NCBI GenBank assembly: GCA_003388505.1
Contig: QQVO01000013.1
Coordinates: 134,896 to 198,895 of the forward strand
Origin: Planctomycetota bacterium
Lineage (GTDB): Bacteria > Planctomycetota > Planctomycetia > Planctomycetales > Planctomycetaceae
Direction: 5' to 3'
DNA: 64,000 bases
Position 1 is the stretch's first letter. Each line of letters opens with the position of its first letter. Shown here one piece after another: positions 46,203 to 54,951 of this stretch. The notes under the pieces are model-generated. The model saw only the letters and a list, made by a program, of their open reading frames with translations. It searched no databases and was not told the origin of the DNA. The translations under genes were made by a program, and so were the position numbers.

Positions 46203-47672
46203 CTATTGTTCGTTCGCTCTCGCTTCGTTCGGGTTGACTCTGGAAAAGGCGACCCCCTCGATTTCAACCAGCAAGTCGGACCGGCAAACATCAGCGACGG
46301 CATAGATCGCCGGAATCGGCCCGAAGCGGCGTTCACACACCGCGCGACACGTTTCGTAGTCTTCTGCCCGTTTGACGTAGACTCGAACCTTCGCAAGATC
46401 TTCGAGCCGGGCGCCCGCATCGGCGACGCCATGCCCCGCGAAGTTCTCCCGGCTGATCAGTCGCTCGATGTTGTCGATCGTTTGTTCCGTTTGACGCTCC
46501 GCGTCCCCCACATGCACGGTTTCCGAATTCACAATGCTCGCCGTGCCGGAAACCCAGGTGGTGATGTAGTCCCCGATGATCACCGCCATCGCCCGCGAAA
46601 ACTTGGGACTCTTGGCGGAAAACGCCTTTGAATAATTGAACGCCGAAGTCTGATTCGGATTCTCCAGCGGCAGCAGCCTCACGTCTTCGCGATCCGTCTG
46701 CAGAGCCATACAACTGACCGTCAAGCCTGGTCCGCGCATGCCAATGCCCGTGCTCGCCGGATAGTAGTCCCGGCCGTCGCGATGAATCTGCAGCAAACCC
46801 TGCGCGGACTGGTCGGCAAAGAAGTCCGTCCTGGCGCGATTCAGTTCGCGGTACCGTTCGACGCCGCTTGCCTCGTCGATCGTCGTGATACTCCCCAGAT
46901 ACAGCCAGACGCGAACCACGTCCTGGAACGTCGCACCCACCGCCTTCAGCCGCCGTGCCACTTCGTCAAACTCGTGCGCCCCCTGGTCATAGGCGGCTGT
47001 ATCCGCCGGCGCCTCGGTGATGCCTCCCGTATGGACCCAGCGCAGACCGTCGTACTCGATCGTGACGACATCCGGTCGCGGAAAGCGAATCTCGACTCCC
47101 GGTCCTCCCAGCGCCCACGCCTCAATCGCCAGCGCCTGTCCCCCGCAGGGAGGCTGCACCACGAAGTTGGTCACAGGCGACCGATCGCCATAGTAGGCCG
47201 CAAACAGCCGGCGGCACGCCTCCGCATCATCCGCCCGCCGCAGAAACACCGTCTGGGCCGTCACCGTCATGGCCACCGGTTGCTGCTTCAACACGGCCCG
47301 AATCGTGGAAACGGCCTCCCACACCTGATCGATCACACTCTCGCTTGCATCCGGCGTGACCATCAGGGCGACCCGGTGTGCGCTCTCCACGTCCACAATG
47401 GTATGCGACTGTTCACACAGCACGCAGGACGCTGCGTCCCCCTGCACCTGATGAGCTGTGCACTGAGTGTGCCCTTGCATCCGGTCGGCGGAGTCAGAAG
47501 ACAACTGCCTCGTCGGGTCCATGTGGTAGTGGGAGACTGCCCCCGATTCTCCTGCCGGTTGTTGGCGAGTCGATTCCGGGTTGCCGGAACCCGCCGTCTC
47601 GCTTGCTGCGTTCTTCGCTTCCATCATGTCGTTCCAACTGCTCGGAGTTTCCGGAACGGATCGTGCCTCCAC
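46203..47672 (-). CDS. protein with tandem RidA/YjgF-like domains (possibly FkbO/Hyg5 chorismatase-like)
   Basis: Two Rid-like segments are present (VRVWLYLGSITTIDEASGVERYRELNRARTDFFA; VRVYVKRAEDYETCRAVCERRFGPIPAIYAVADVCRSDLLVEIEGVAF). The start is uncertain (GTG 47672 overlaps the Rrf2 stop; ATGs at 47627 and 47522). The family assignment is tentative. Confidence 0.5.
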   Translation of the reverse strand: MEARSVPETPSSWNDMMEAKNAASETAGSGNPESTRQQPAGESGAVSHYHMDPTRQLSSDSADRMQGHTQCTAHQVQGDAASCVLCEQSHTIVDVESAHRVALMVTPDASESVIDQVWEAVSTIRAVLKQQPVAMTVTAQTVFLRRADDAEACRRLFAAYYGDRSPVTNFVVQPPCGGQALAIEAWALGGPGVEIRFPRPDVVTIEYDGLRWVHTGGITEAPADTAAYDQGAHEFDEVARRLKAVGATFQDVVRVWLYLGSITTIDEASGVERYRELNRARTDFFADQSAQGLLQIHRDGRDYYPASTGIGMRGPGLTVSCMALQTDREDVRLLPLENPNQTSAFNYSKAFSAKSPKFSRAMAVIIGDYITTWVSGTASIVNSETVHVGDAERQTEQTIDNIERLISRENFAGHGVADAGARLEDLAKVRVYVKRAEDYETCRAVCERRFGPIPAIYAVADVCRSDLLVEIEGVAFSRVNPNEARANEQ

Positions 47673-47674
47673 CG

Positions 47675-48154
47675 CTAAGTGGGACTGAGTTGAATCTCAT
47701 GCGTAGGTAAACAATCGTTCGCCAACAGCTTTTCGCATCCCGGTTCCGGAGACGCTGCCTGACGCAGCACGTCCGCGATCATCAGTTGCCGGAATCCCTC
47801 CTCGAGTTGCGCGACCGCAAGGTCGATATGCCGGTGAACGGGGCACAAACTCGTCGTGTGGTCGGCGAGTGACAACGGGCACTTCCCGATCCGTTCGAAA
47901 CCATCAATCGCGTTGATGACCTCCAGGGCTGACAGTTCCGAAGGCTCCGCCTGCAGTGTGAATCCTCCCTGGCTCCCGCGCCTTGCCGACAGAATCCCGC
48001 TCTTTGCCAGACTTTGCAGAACCTTGATCAGATAACCCGGCGCGGCATCGATGTGAGCCGCCAACTCCTTCACCTTCAACGACTCGCCGGGATGCTGCGC
48101 CAGCCAGATGACCGCCCGAAGTCCGTATTCGTTCGCGTCCGACAGAAGTTTCAT
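47675..48154 (-). CDS. Rrf2-family transcriptional regulator (IscR/NsrR-like)
   Basis: N-terminal wHTH (MKLLSDANEYGLRAVIWLAQHPGESLKVKELAAHIDAAPGYLIKVLQSLAKSGILSARRGSQGGFTL) and a Cys/His cluster (CPLSLADHTTSLCPVHRH). The GGAGGAG RBS has 8-nt spacing. Confidence 0.8.
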   Translation of the reverse strand: MKLLSDANEYGLRAVIWLAQHPGESLKVKELAAHIDAAPGYLIKVLQSLAKSGILSARRGSQGGFTLQAEPSELSALEVINAIDGFERIGKCPLSLADHTTSLCPVHRHIDLAVAQLEEGFRQLMIADVLRQAASPEPGCEKLLANDCLPTHEIQLSPT

Positions 48155-48196
48155 TCGAGCACTCCTCCCTCTTCGTTCAGGCCATCAACAACGCGC

Positions 48197-48242
48197 ATTT
48201 TAGCAGATCGAAACTATTCGTGCAATAATGCACGAATAGTTT
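48197..48242 (-). promoter_or_regulatory. Rrf2 promoter with a perfect 14-bp-arm palindromic operator (AAACTATTCGTGCA-ATAA-TGCACGAATAGTTT)
   Basis: The palindrome spans 48211-48242. On the minus strand, -35 TTGCAC (48225-48220), a 17-bp spacer and -10 TAAAAT (48202-48197) overlap the palindrome. This is the classic autoregulatory layout. Confidence 0.55.
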
Positions 48243-48766
48243 GTTACATCTTGCCGGTTTCTTTTTCTTCATTCTCAGAAACAACTTGCGGCGCAAATGA
48301 TGTCAGCAGCCACCCGAATTCTGTTCCGGTTTTCGGCAACGACGACTGTTGTATTGCGGACCGGAAACTGTGCCAGCAAGCGCAGCGGCAGTGAGAGTTC
48401 GGAGTACGGTCACGTCGCCCTCCGTGCTGCCAACAGAGACGGCGGCGATGCCAGCAAGCTGGTCCGCTCCACGCTGGCGTCGCTCAAGCAATCGCAGACG
48501 CTCGACGCCTGGTCGCGACGTTTGAAAGCTGTCAGTTACACACAACGACTTCCGCCAAGAAATCCGCCCCAGAAATCTCCAGATTTCTCCGATCGGCAGA
48601 TCGACTTGCGAACATGGGTTCGTGGCACGGAAAAAATCCGCAAGAAACGCAAAAAGACGCGAAAAAGGGATGACGTCGCGGCTTCCTCTTTTCTTGTGCT
48701 TCTCGTGGCAATCCTGTTGCATCGTTCGATGAGCACACATCGGCGGGCTGACGCTGCGCCGCTCGC

Positions 48767-51295
48767 CTATTGGGGTTTTGGCCAGTCGAGATGTCTGTGC
48801 AGAAAACCGTACGTACCGACGCCGTTGATCGTGTGCGGGCCGTCGAAGAACTCGATTTCGGTCCGTTCGGAGATGCCGAGCTTGGTGTAATGCCGGCGGA
48901 CCTTGGCGTACTCCCAGGCGACCCACTCGTCCGGCGCGACACCGTCGTCATGGCCGCGCTCGACCATGAAGGGCCGCGGCGTCATGAGATACGACAACTC
49001 TGCATAGTTGGCGACGTGGCCCATGTTCCACTCGAAGATCTCGTACTCGCCGGTGAAGACATACGAATACCGGTCTTCGCTGGAGGCGTTCTTGCGAACC
49101 CATTCGTTGTAGTCGGCCGAGCAGATTGAGAGGCAGTAGCCGGCCTTGTCTTCGCTGGGGACGAGCATCGGCGGGACGCGGACGGCCGTCTTGCCGCCGT
49201 AGGAGAGGCCGTAGAAGCCGATCCGATCGCGATCGACGTAGGGCAGCGAGGCGAGCCATTCGAGCGTGCGGCCGTGCTGCGGGATGATGTAGCTGAACAG
49301 CGACCGCCCCATCGGATTGCTCTTGCGCTGGATGACGCGGAAGGCATCGTGTCCGCGATAGGGGTTCTGCGGTGCATAGACGATGAAGCCCCGCTCCACG
49401 AGCGCCGTGCTGAATCCCTTGTACGGCCCCCACGCCCGATCGGATTGATCGGTCGTGATCGTGTCGATCGGCCGCCCCTCCAACCCGTGCTGGCAGACGA
49501 CGACCGGCCGTTGTTCGCCTTCCTTGAGATCCTTCGGCAACAGCAGAATGCCTCCGGCGATCACGCCCCAGTCCTCACCGACGGCCCAGCCGATCTCGTC
49601 GACCGACCCGGTGTCCGGGATACTTGTGTCAGCTCCTTCGGGAATCGGCCGCTCGGTGTCGCCGGCCGGGTAGCAGTCGAGCACCACTTCGTAACCAACA
49701 TGCGTCGGCTCATCGATCACCTTCCGCGTCCGCGGATTGAGCGGCATCTCCGGCTCGGGCAGCCGGCCGATCATGTTGTCGTAAACGTAGTCCCGATAGA
49801 ACTCGAGCGACTCGACGCACGCCTCGACGCTGGAGAGATCGACGTTGGCCCAGAACTTGTACCGCTCCTTGTCGCTGCGGTGCATGAGGGCCTGTGTGAA
49901 GCGGTCGAGTTCGGCGACTTGGCGCTTTTGGCGGAGTGCAGAACGCTCGGCGATCTCTTGGAGATGTTCCTCTAGCCACTCATTGTCCTCAGTCTCGTCT
50001 TCGAAGATGTTTTCAGGCCCTTCGCATGGAACAAATCCGTCGATCCCGAGCGTCTTGATGAAGGTGGAAAGTGCTTCGAAGGAGCCAGGTGGTCCGACAC
50101 CGTCATCGCTCAACACCAATTGGATGTTGTCAGCTCTATCAAGCTGTTCGTAGTGAGACTTGGCTTCATCGTATTCCGCTCGGACTGACTCAATGGATGG
50201 CGTGGTGATGCGACCTGGCGCAGCACCACTACTTCGACCGGCCGCAGCGGCCGGAGGACCATCGACGAGCGGAGGCGACGCCGCTTCGATGACCAATGGT
50301 GTCGGAGCGATCAAACTGGCAAGATCGGCATCTCCAAACTCCGTCATGCTGTTCCAGACGTTTCGGTAGATCGGCTCCAGCCAGACGTTTTCGCGTTGCT
50401 GGAAGTACCCGCTGACCATGACAGCATCGACCCGTTGATCTAATGCCGCGACATGCATTGCGAGAAGTGCACCTTCTCCAACCCCGACAATCGCAATCGG
50501 GATCTTCTCTCTGCGAACCTCCTCTTCAAACAGATCACGTATTTCCTCAAGTTGATCGAGGAGTGCGATAATCTTCTGCACTTCGTACCCGATCACGTGG
50601 CGGCCCATTTCGAAGGCCATTCGATAAATGAACTCCCGATGCGGTTGATTTGTAAATCGAATGTCCGGTTTCCCCGAGAAAGTGTCGTCGCGATTGATAA
50701 GATACGGGACGTAAACAGCACATTTATTCTTTGCGAGATGTCGCACGAACTGCTGATTCAGAGGTAGGCGGCTTGTGTTCCCGTAAAGGTCATCGGGAGT
50801 CCAGTCGGCGTCCGGGAGGAGTACGACAATCGCACGGTGCCTCGCGTCATGCCAAGATTCATGTTCGAACGCGACGGCTTCGCCTGTGATTCCTTCGTTC
50901 GACAGCCACGATGTCGTCATGGAAAAAAATCCGTCGTCTACGAACCAATCGATGGGACCGGGGATTGTGCTATCACCAAACGTGTAGTTCTTCTCCAGCG
51001 GATCCACCGCCCCAATAATCTCCCGCAACCGCTCCCGATTCGGCTCCACGCTCTGCTCATACGCCTCCACGCTGCTGTAGTCGCGGTTCCACTTGGCCGG
51101 GCGGCGGTTGGGCGAATCGGCGATCTCCCGCTCGGCGAAGTAATTGATCCCACGAACCATCACCACATCGAGCGGCTCGTTCATCACCAGCGGCTCGGTC
51201 CCGGCCAGGTGGTCGGCCGAGAGGTCCGGCTGTGCACGAGCCGGGAGTGTGAGAATGAGGCAGAGCAGGGCGGCGGGGGCGAGCGGAGAGCGCAT
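48767..51295 (-). CDS. secreted tandem alpha/beta-hydrolase-fold protein (esterase/peptidase S9-like)
   Basis: Signal peptide MRSPLAPAALLCLILTLPARAQ (ATG 51295). The C-terminal domain carries the GxSxG nucleophile elbow (IGFYGLSYGGKTAV). The N-terminal domain also looks like an alpha/beta hydrolase. Confidence 0.65.
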   Translation of the reverse strand: MRSPLAPAALLCLILTLPARAQPDLSADHLAGTEPLVMNEPLDVVMVRGINYFAEREIADSPNRRPAKWNRDYSSVEAYEQSVEPNRERLREIIGAVDPLEKNYTFGDSTIPGPIDWFVDDGFFSMTTSWLSNEGITGEAVAFEHESWHDARHRAIVVLLPDADWTPDDLYGNTSRLPLNQQFVRHLAKNKCAVYVPYLINRDDTFSGKPDIRFTNQPHREFIYRMAFEMGRHVIGYEVQKIIALLDQLEEIRDLFEEEVRREKIPIAIVGVGEGALLAMHVAALDQRVDAVMVSGYFQQRENVWLEPIYRNVWNSMTEFGDADLASLIAPTPLVIEAASPPLVDGPPAAAAGRSSGAAPGRITTPSIESVRAEYDEAKSHYEQLDRADNIQLVLSDDGVGPPGSFEALSTFIKTLGIDGFVPCEGPENIFEDETEDNEWLEEHLQEIAERSALRQKRQVAELDRFTQALMHRSDKERYKFWANVDLSSVEACVESLEFYRDYVYDNMIGRLPEPEMPLNPRTRKVIDEPTHVGYEVVLDCYPAGDTERPIPEGADTSIPDTGSVDEIGWAVGEDWGVIAGGILLLPKDLKEGEQRPVVVCQHGLEGRPIDTITTDQSDRAWGPYKGFSTALVERGFIVYAPQNPYRGHDAFRVIQRKSNPMGRSLFSYIIPQHGRTLEWLASLPYVDRDRIGFYGLSYGGKTAVRVPPMLVPSEDKAGYCLSICSADYNEWVRKNASSEDRYSYVFTGEYEIFEWNMGHVANYAELSYLMTPRPFMVERGHDDGVAPDEWVAWEYAKVRRHYTKLGISERTEIEFFDGPHTINGVGTYGFLHRHLDWPKPQ

Positions 51296-51389
51296 GGCGG
51301 GGTCCTTCAAAGCGGTGGGAATCAAGCATCCGGCAGCATACACCCACGCCCCCCACATCGCGAGCGGCGGGCGTGAGCCGCTCTTCGTA

Positions 51390-51680
51390 CGACAGGTTTT
51401 CAACCTGTCGAGTGGGCAAGATGAACCTCTCTCGGCGACACCCAACTCGCATTCAGTTCACCACAGCAGCCCCCGCCGGGGCGGTTTGTACGCTGAAGGC
51501 GTACCACAGCAGAGCCCAGCGTCAGCGGCGGAGCCGCGCCACGCTGGGTCAAGAGACGAGATGACCCCGGCACGAACTCTGAAGGAGTTCCACAGCCCCC
51601 TGTCGAACGCCTTCAGTGGACCGGGGGTGCGCTCCTGATGTCGCGACCCCCGGCTTTGCTGTGCGACGCTTACAGCGTCA
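51390..51680. repeat. about 300-nt structured intergenic element, family 1, copy B
   Basis: Same ordered hairpin set as 15356-15662: CGACAGG-TTTTCAA-CCTGTCG; GTACGC-TGAAG-GCGTAC; CCCAGCGT...ACGCTGGG; GAACTCTGAAGGAGTTC; CCGGGGGT...ACCCCCGG; GACGC-TTACA-GCGTC. Sequence identity is about 70-75%, with paired substitutions inside the stems. Confidence 0.5.
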
Positions 51681-51789
51681 CCCGTAACGAGAGTTCCGCG
51701 TTTTCGCCGCAGGACGAATTCGGGATGACCTGTGTGAATCGGACAGGATGGAATCTTGTCCTGCGCCAGGCGCGACCGCGCTCGCCTCG

Positions 51790-52494
51790 TCAGCGCGTCT
51801 GGCTCTCAACTTCCACAATGTGCCCATGCAGGGTGACGTTGTCGAAGTTCCCCGTGTCGTCGAACGATCCGACTCCCACTTCACCCCACGTGAACGTCTT
51901 GTCGGTCGCCGTCATCGCCGGCTCGTCCATGTCGTCGAAGAAAACGGCAATCTCGCCCGTTTCGACGTTGCGGGTGATCCGCACGTGATGCCACTCGTCG
52001 TCCCACGGCGTGCCGTCGGTGGTCTTCGTCGAGATCTTCGTCCGGGGCGCTTCGTTGACGATGAAGATCTGGTTGGCGTGGTCGTCGGTCTCCTTGCCGA
52101 GGTGCACGTAGTAGAAGTGCGACGGATCCTGGTAGCCGAAGAACAGACACAGATCGCGGTGGCCGTAGTCTCGAATGGTCGACTGCAGATCCACGTCTAA
52201 CTGGAAGTCGCTCACAATCACGCCCCGCCGCACGGCCCGGTTGAACGGCGAACGGACCGGCGTCTGCACCTTGCTCTGTGCATGCTGGCTGAGAACGTGA
52301 TTGTCGTCCTGGCGGTCGATCCGCCAGGCGTCGGGATCGGTGGCCGCCCACTTCGAGAGATCGCCCGATTCAAAGTCTTCGGAGAAAATCAGTGGCAGGT
52401 CGGACTCAGGTTCCTCGGCAGCGAGGGCGGACACGCCGACGGAAACAAACAGCAACAGTCCGGCAGTCGCGATGGAATTCGTAGTGAGCGACAT
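51790..52494 (-). CDS. secreted DUF1080/LamG-like jelly-roll protein
   Basis: Signal peptide. ...HVRITRNVETGEIAVFFDD... and ...FDNVTLHGHIVE resemble the DUF1080 C-terminal beta-sandwich. Confidence 0.55.
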   Translation of the reverse strand: MSLTTNSIATAGLLLFVSVGVSALAAEEPESDLPLIFSEDFESGDLSKWAATDPDAWRIDRQDDNHVLSQHAQSKVQTPVRSPFNRAVRRGVIVSDFQLDVDLQSTIRDYGHRDLCLFFGYQDPSHFYYVHLGKETDDHANQIFIVNEAPRTKISTKTTDGTPWDDEWHHVRITRNVETGEIAVFFDDMDEPAMTATDKTFTWGEVGVGSFDDTGNFDNVTLHGHIVEVESQTR

Positions 52495-52777
52495 GAGACG
52501 CGTCCTTTCAGCGTTGAAAACTCGATCGGTGCGAAGGGGCAGCGTAAGGTGAATCCGTGGTCCGGTTCAACGGTCGTGAAAGATGTTTCAGCAACTTCCC
52601 TCCGCCGGAGCGTCTCGAAATTCAATCCACGAATCAGCGTAGAGCAGGTGAACCTCCAGGAGGCCCACGGAGTCCTTGCTATCGTCCATTGGAGTTGTCC
52701 GTCCAGCGGCGTGCAGGTCACCCGGCAGGGTTCGGCACTGCATGTTCCGCGAATGGGTTCTGACCGGACGACGCCAA

Positions 52778-52853
52778 TTTCGGTTAGCTCAGTGGATAGA
52801 GCACCAGATTCGAGATCTGGAAGTCACGGGTTCAAATCCCGTACCGACCACCA
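52778..52853 (+). tRNA. tRNA-like gene, 76 nt with encoded CCA: Arg-type class-I body but anticodon CGA (Ser, UCG) and two mismatches at the acceptor top (possible pseudo/aberrant or remodelled tRNA)
   Basis: Manual fold: acceptor TTTCGGT/ACCGACC (pairs 1-72 and 2-71 are T-C mismatches); D arm GCTC-AGTGGATA-GAGC with A20; anticodon arm CCAGA-TTCGAGA-TCTGG; 5-nt variable loop; T arm ACGGG-TTCAAAT-CCCGT; A73 followed by CCA. Confidence 0.55.
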
Positions 52854-53239
52854 ACACCGTCGGCTGGTAACCGACACCGACTCCCATGTCGGAGGACGCT
52901 GACTTGCAGCGTCACACAGAGCCCAAAGGAGGCAGACATCCGTTCGATCCGCCAGGATTCGCGATCGAGTGGCGAGCCGGGAGGCGTCAGCCCCCGGATC
53001 ACTCGCGATTTCGGCGCGATCCCGGCAGCACCTGGCGACGCCTTGCAGTGCGTGGATACCGCGCTTGTCGTTCATCGATCAAAGGCAGCCGACGCCGCGA
53101 GCCTGACCAACGCCGCTTCCCCCGGGAAGCCGCCGCGGAAACCTCAACGCCGACGCTGCCCGGCCCCGCTGAAGACGCTCACTCAAGCGCACTCCGCGTT
53201 CGACCGGTGTGATCAACGCATGCTCTGCTTCCGGAGGGT

Positions 53240-53773
53240 TTACTCTTCCTCAACCTCTCGGCGAACCACACCAACAAACACCGGCAGCACCCCCTCCTCG
53301 CGCAGCGACTTGGTCGGAATCGACTGGTAACGCAGCGGGACGGCGACTCTTACGTGGTCATCGGACGAGACCAGAATCCAGAACAGAGACGCGTGTGCGC
53401 ATGACTCGGGGTTCTTGTGAGAAGATCCGGTCGGAATCTCGCACTCGACTGTGGCGAATCCGTCTGCTTGAGTTGTCTCTCCGAACCAACCCTCCTTCAT
53501 CGCCCTCCAGCCCGAGTCGAAGTGGTCCTGATATTCTACGAATCCGAGACGGTCTCCCGGGATTGGTCCACGAATCAACGCGACGTGCGCACCTTCTACT
53601 GGCTCAATCGTCTCCGCATCGAAGACGTACACTCGAACCGGTACCTCGATCGATCCACTCGCCGCCCACTTGGGTTCCGGCAGCAGGAGCGCGACGAGAA
53701 TCGCCGCAATCACCACAACGACGAGCCATTCGATCCAGGTCTTCGGAATCAGGTGATTGCGGATGAGACGCAT
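53240..53773 (-). CDS. hypothetical membrane-anchored protein
   Basis: MRLIRNHLIPKTWIEWLVVVVIAAILVALLL (TM helix), then a roughly 140-aa soluble domain with no recognisable motif. Confidence 0.45.
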   Translation of the reverse strand: MRLIRNHLIPKTWIEWLVVVVIAAILVALLLPEPKWAASGSIEVPVRVYVFDAETIEPVEGAHVALIRGPIPGDRLGFVEYQDHFDSGWRAMKEGWFGETTQADGFATVECEIPTGSSHKNPESCAHASLFWILVSSDDHVRVAVPLRYQSIPTKSLREEGVLPVFVGVVRREVEEE

Positions 53774-53915
53774 CGAATCGCGACCCAAAGGAGCTAAGTG
53801 AGAACCGCTACTCGGTCTTCTATTCTACGCGAGTAGATCACCGTTGGGCGACTCCCGTCTTCAATTGTTCGAACAGACCTGTTGTGACGATCCGCGTGCG
53901 GTCATGCGAACTGCA

Positions 53916-54491
53916 TCACGCATCAATCTCATCCGGCTCGGCCAGCACGTCTTCCAGCAGGTCCGTTAGGCCGAGTTGATCGACGCACGCTCGCGCAACA
54001 GCCTCGTCATCTTCATTCGCGCCGCGCATCAGCAGTTTCACGTCGCGACGGCTCTTGTGGCTCCCCTTGCTGATCCAGACCAGTTTGGAAGCGATCAGAT
54101 CAGGTCGGGACACGATCGGAAATTGGAGGTCCGCTGTGAGATCAATCACGATCGAGCGGTCAAGCTCCCCGGGCACGAGTTCGCGTGGATAGAAGTCGAT
54201 CTTGAGCGCTTCCTGCGGATCGACCACCTGAAACATCCGCTTGCGACTCACCGCCTCTCGAATCGTCGCTGCGTCCGCCAGGCAACCGAGTTGGTGAATC
54301 GCTTCAAGGAACCGGTCCAGATGGGCCTGCAGCTGAACCGGATCGACAACCAGATCGGCGTCCTGGGTCAGCCGCGGCTCGGCGTAGTGAACGGCGACCA
54401 GACCTCCCGTGAGGTGATAACGAACGCCGCAGTCGTCCAGAATCCGGGCGAACCGTTCGAGCAACGGGAAAAACACGTCAGGAGTCAACAT
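53916..54491 (-). CDS. nucleotidyltransferase-fold protein (AbiEii/DUF1814-like minimal NTase, tentative)
   Basis: HLTGGLVAVHYAEPRLTQDADLVVD matches hG[GS]...DxD. Its start overlaps the stop of the upstream small ORF by 14 nt, which suggests translational coupling. Confidence 0.55.
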   Translation of the reverse strand: MLTPDVFFPLLERFARILDDCGVRYHLTGGLVAVHYAEPRLTQDADLVVDPVQLQAHLDRFLEAIHQLGCLADAATIREAVSRKRMFQVVDPQEALKIDFYPRELVPGELDRSIVIDLTADLQFPIVSRPDLIASKLVWISKGSHKSRRDVKLLMRGANEDDEAVARACVDQLGLTDLLEDVLAEPDEIDA

Positions 54492-54717
54492 CCTGCAGCT
54501 TCCTTTGAATCAGCTCTCGCGTCCTGCGATCGGAACCGTACTGCCGCAGGGCGACTTCCCACTTGAGCCGCTCGGCGGAAACGTCCCCCAACTCGTCCCG
54601 CAACTGCCGCGCGTACATGTCGCGCACCCAATGCAGCATCGCATGCATCCGCGCAAACTTCTCAGCGGACGTCATGGAATCGACGGCCTGGCGATAGGCT
54701 TCTTCAACAAGCGACAT
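54478..54717 (-). CDS. small helical protein (79 aa), first gene of a two-gene module with the NTase
   Basis: GAGGAG RBS with 7-nt spacing to the ATG at 54717. The protein is MSLVEEAYRQAVDSMTSAEKFARMHAMLHWVRDMYARQLRDELGD... and overlaps the downstream NTase gene. Confidence 0.45.
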   Translation of the reverse strand: MSLVEEAYRQAVDSMTSAEKFARMHAMLHWVRDMYARQLRDELGDVSAERLKWEVALRQYGSDRRTRELIQRKLQDVDS

Positions 54718-54951
54718 GCGGGGCTCCTCTCGCTGGATCGTACCAGCCAACAATCGCAGCCAAAATGTAAGGGCGAGAGGCGAACTCAGCGAGACGGAAT
54801 GGTGTCTTTCTTGGGGGTGTCGCAACGTCTTGGTTGTCCTCCGCGGGCCCTCGCAGAGGCAGTGTCACAATCTGCCCGGCTGAAGGCTATCCTTGTACCC
54901 CGCTCGCGTTTGACCAGCGCGATCAGCAATAGACTTGATTCCGGCGGGTCT

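Noticed and set aside
34740-47678. Numerous antisense ORFs (34740-36173, 36479-38485, 39005-40375, 41792-42889, 42858-44333, 44647-45717, 46782-47678)
   Set aside because: Each is opposite a gene with strong domain evidence (MFS, SGDH, PSCyt1, PPC, DUF1501, DUF1553, Rid). None has an RBS or a recognisable motif.
48297-48890. 197-aa plus-strand ORF in the long Rrf2-upstream intergenic region
   Set aside because: It overlaps the 3' end of the hydrolase gene and the Rrf2 promoter. It has a basic low-complexity stretch and no RBS. The region is better explained as regulatory DNA.
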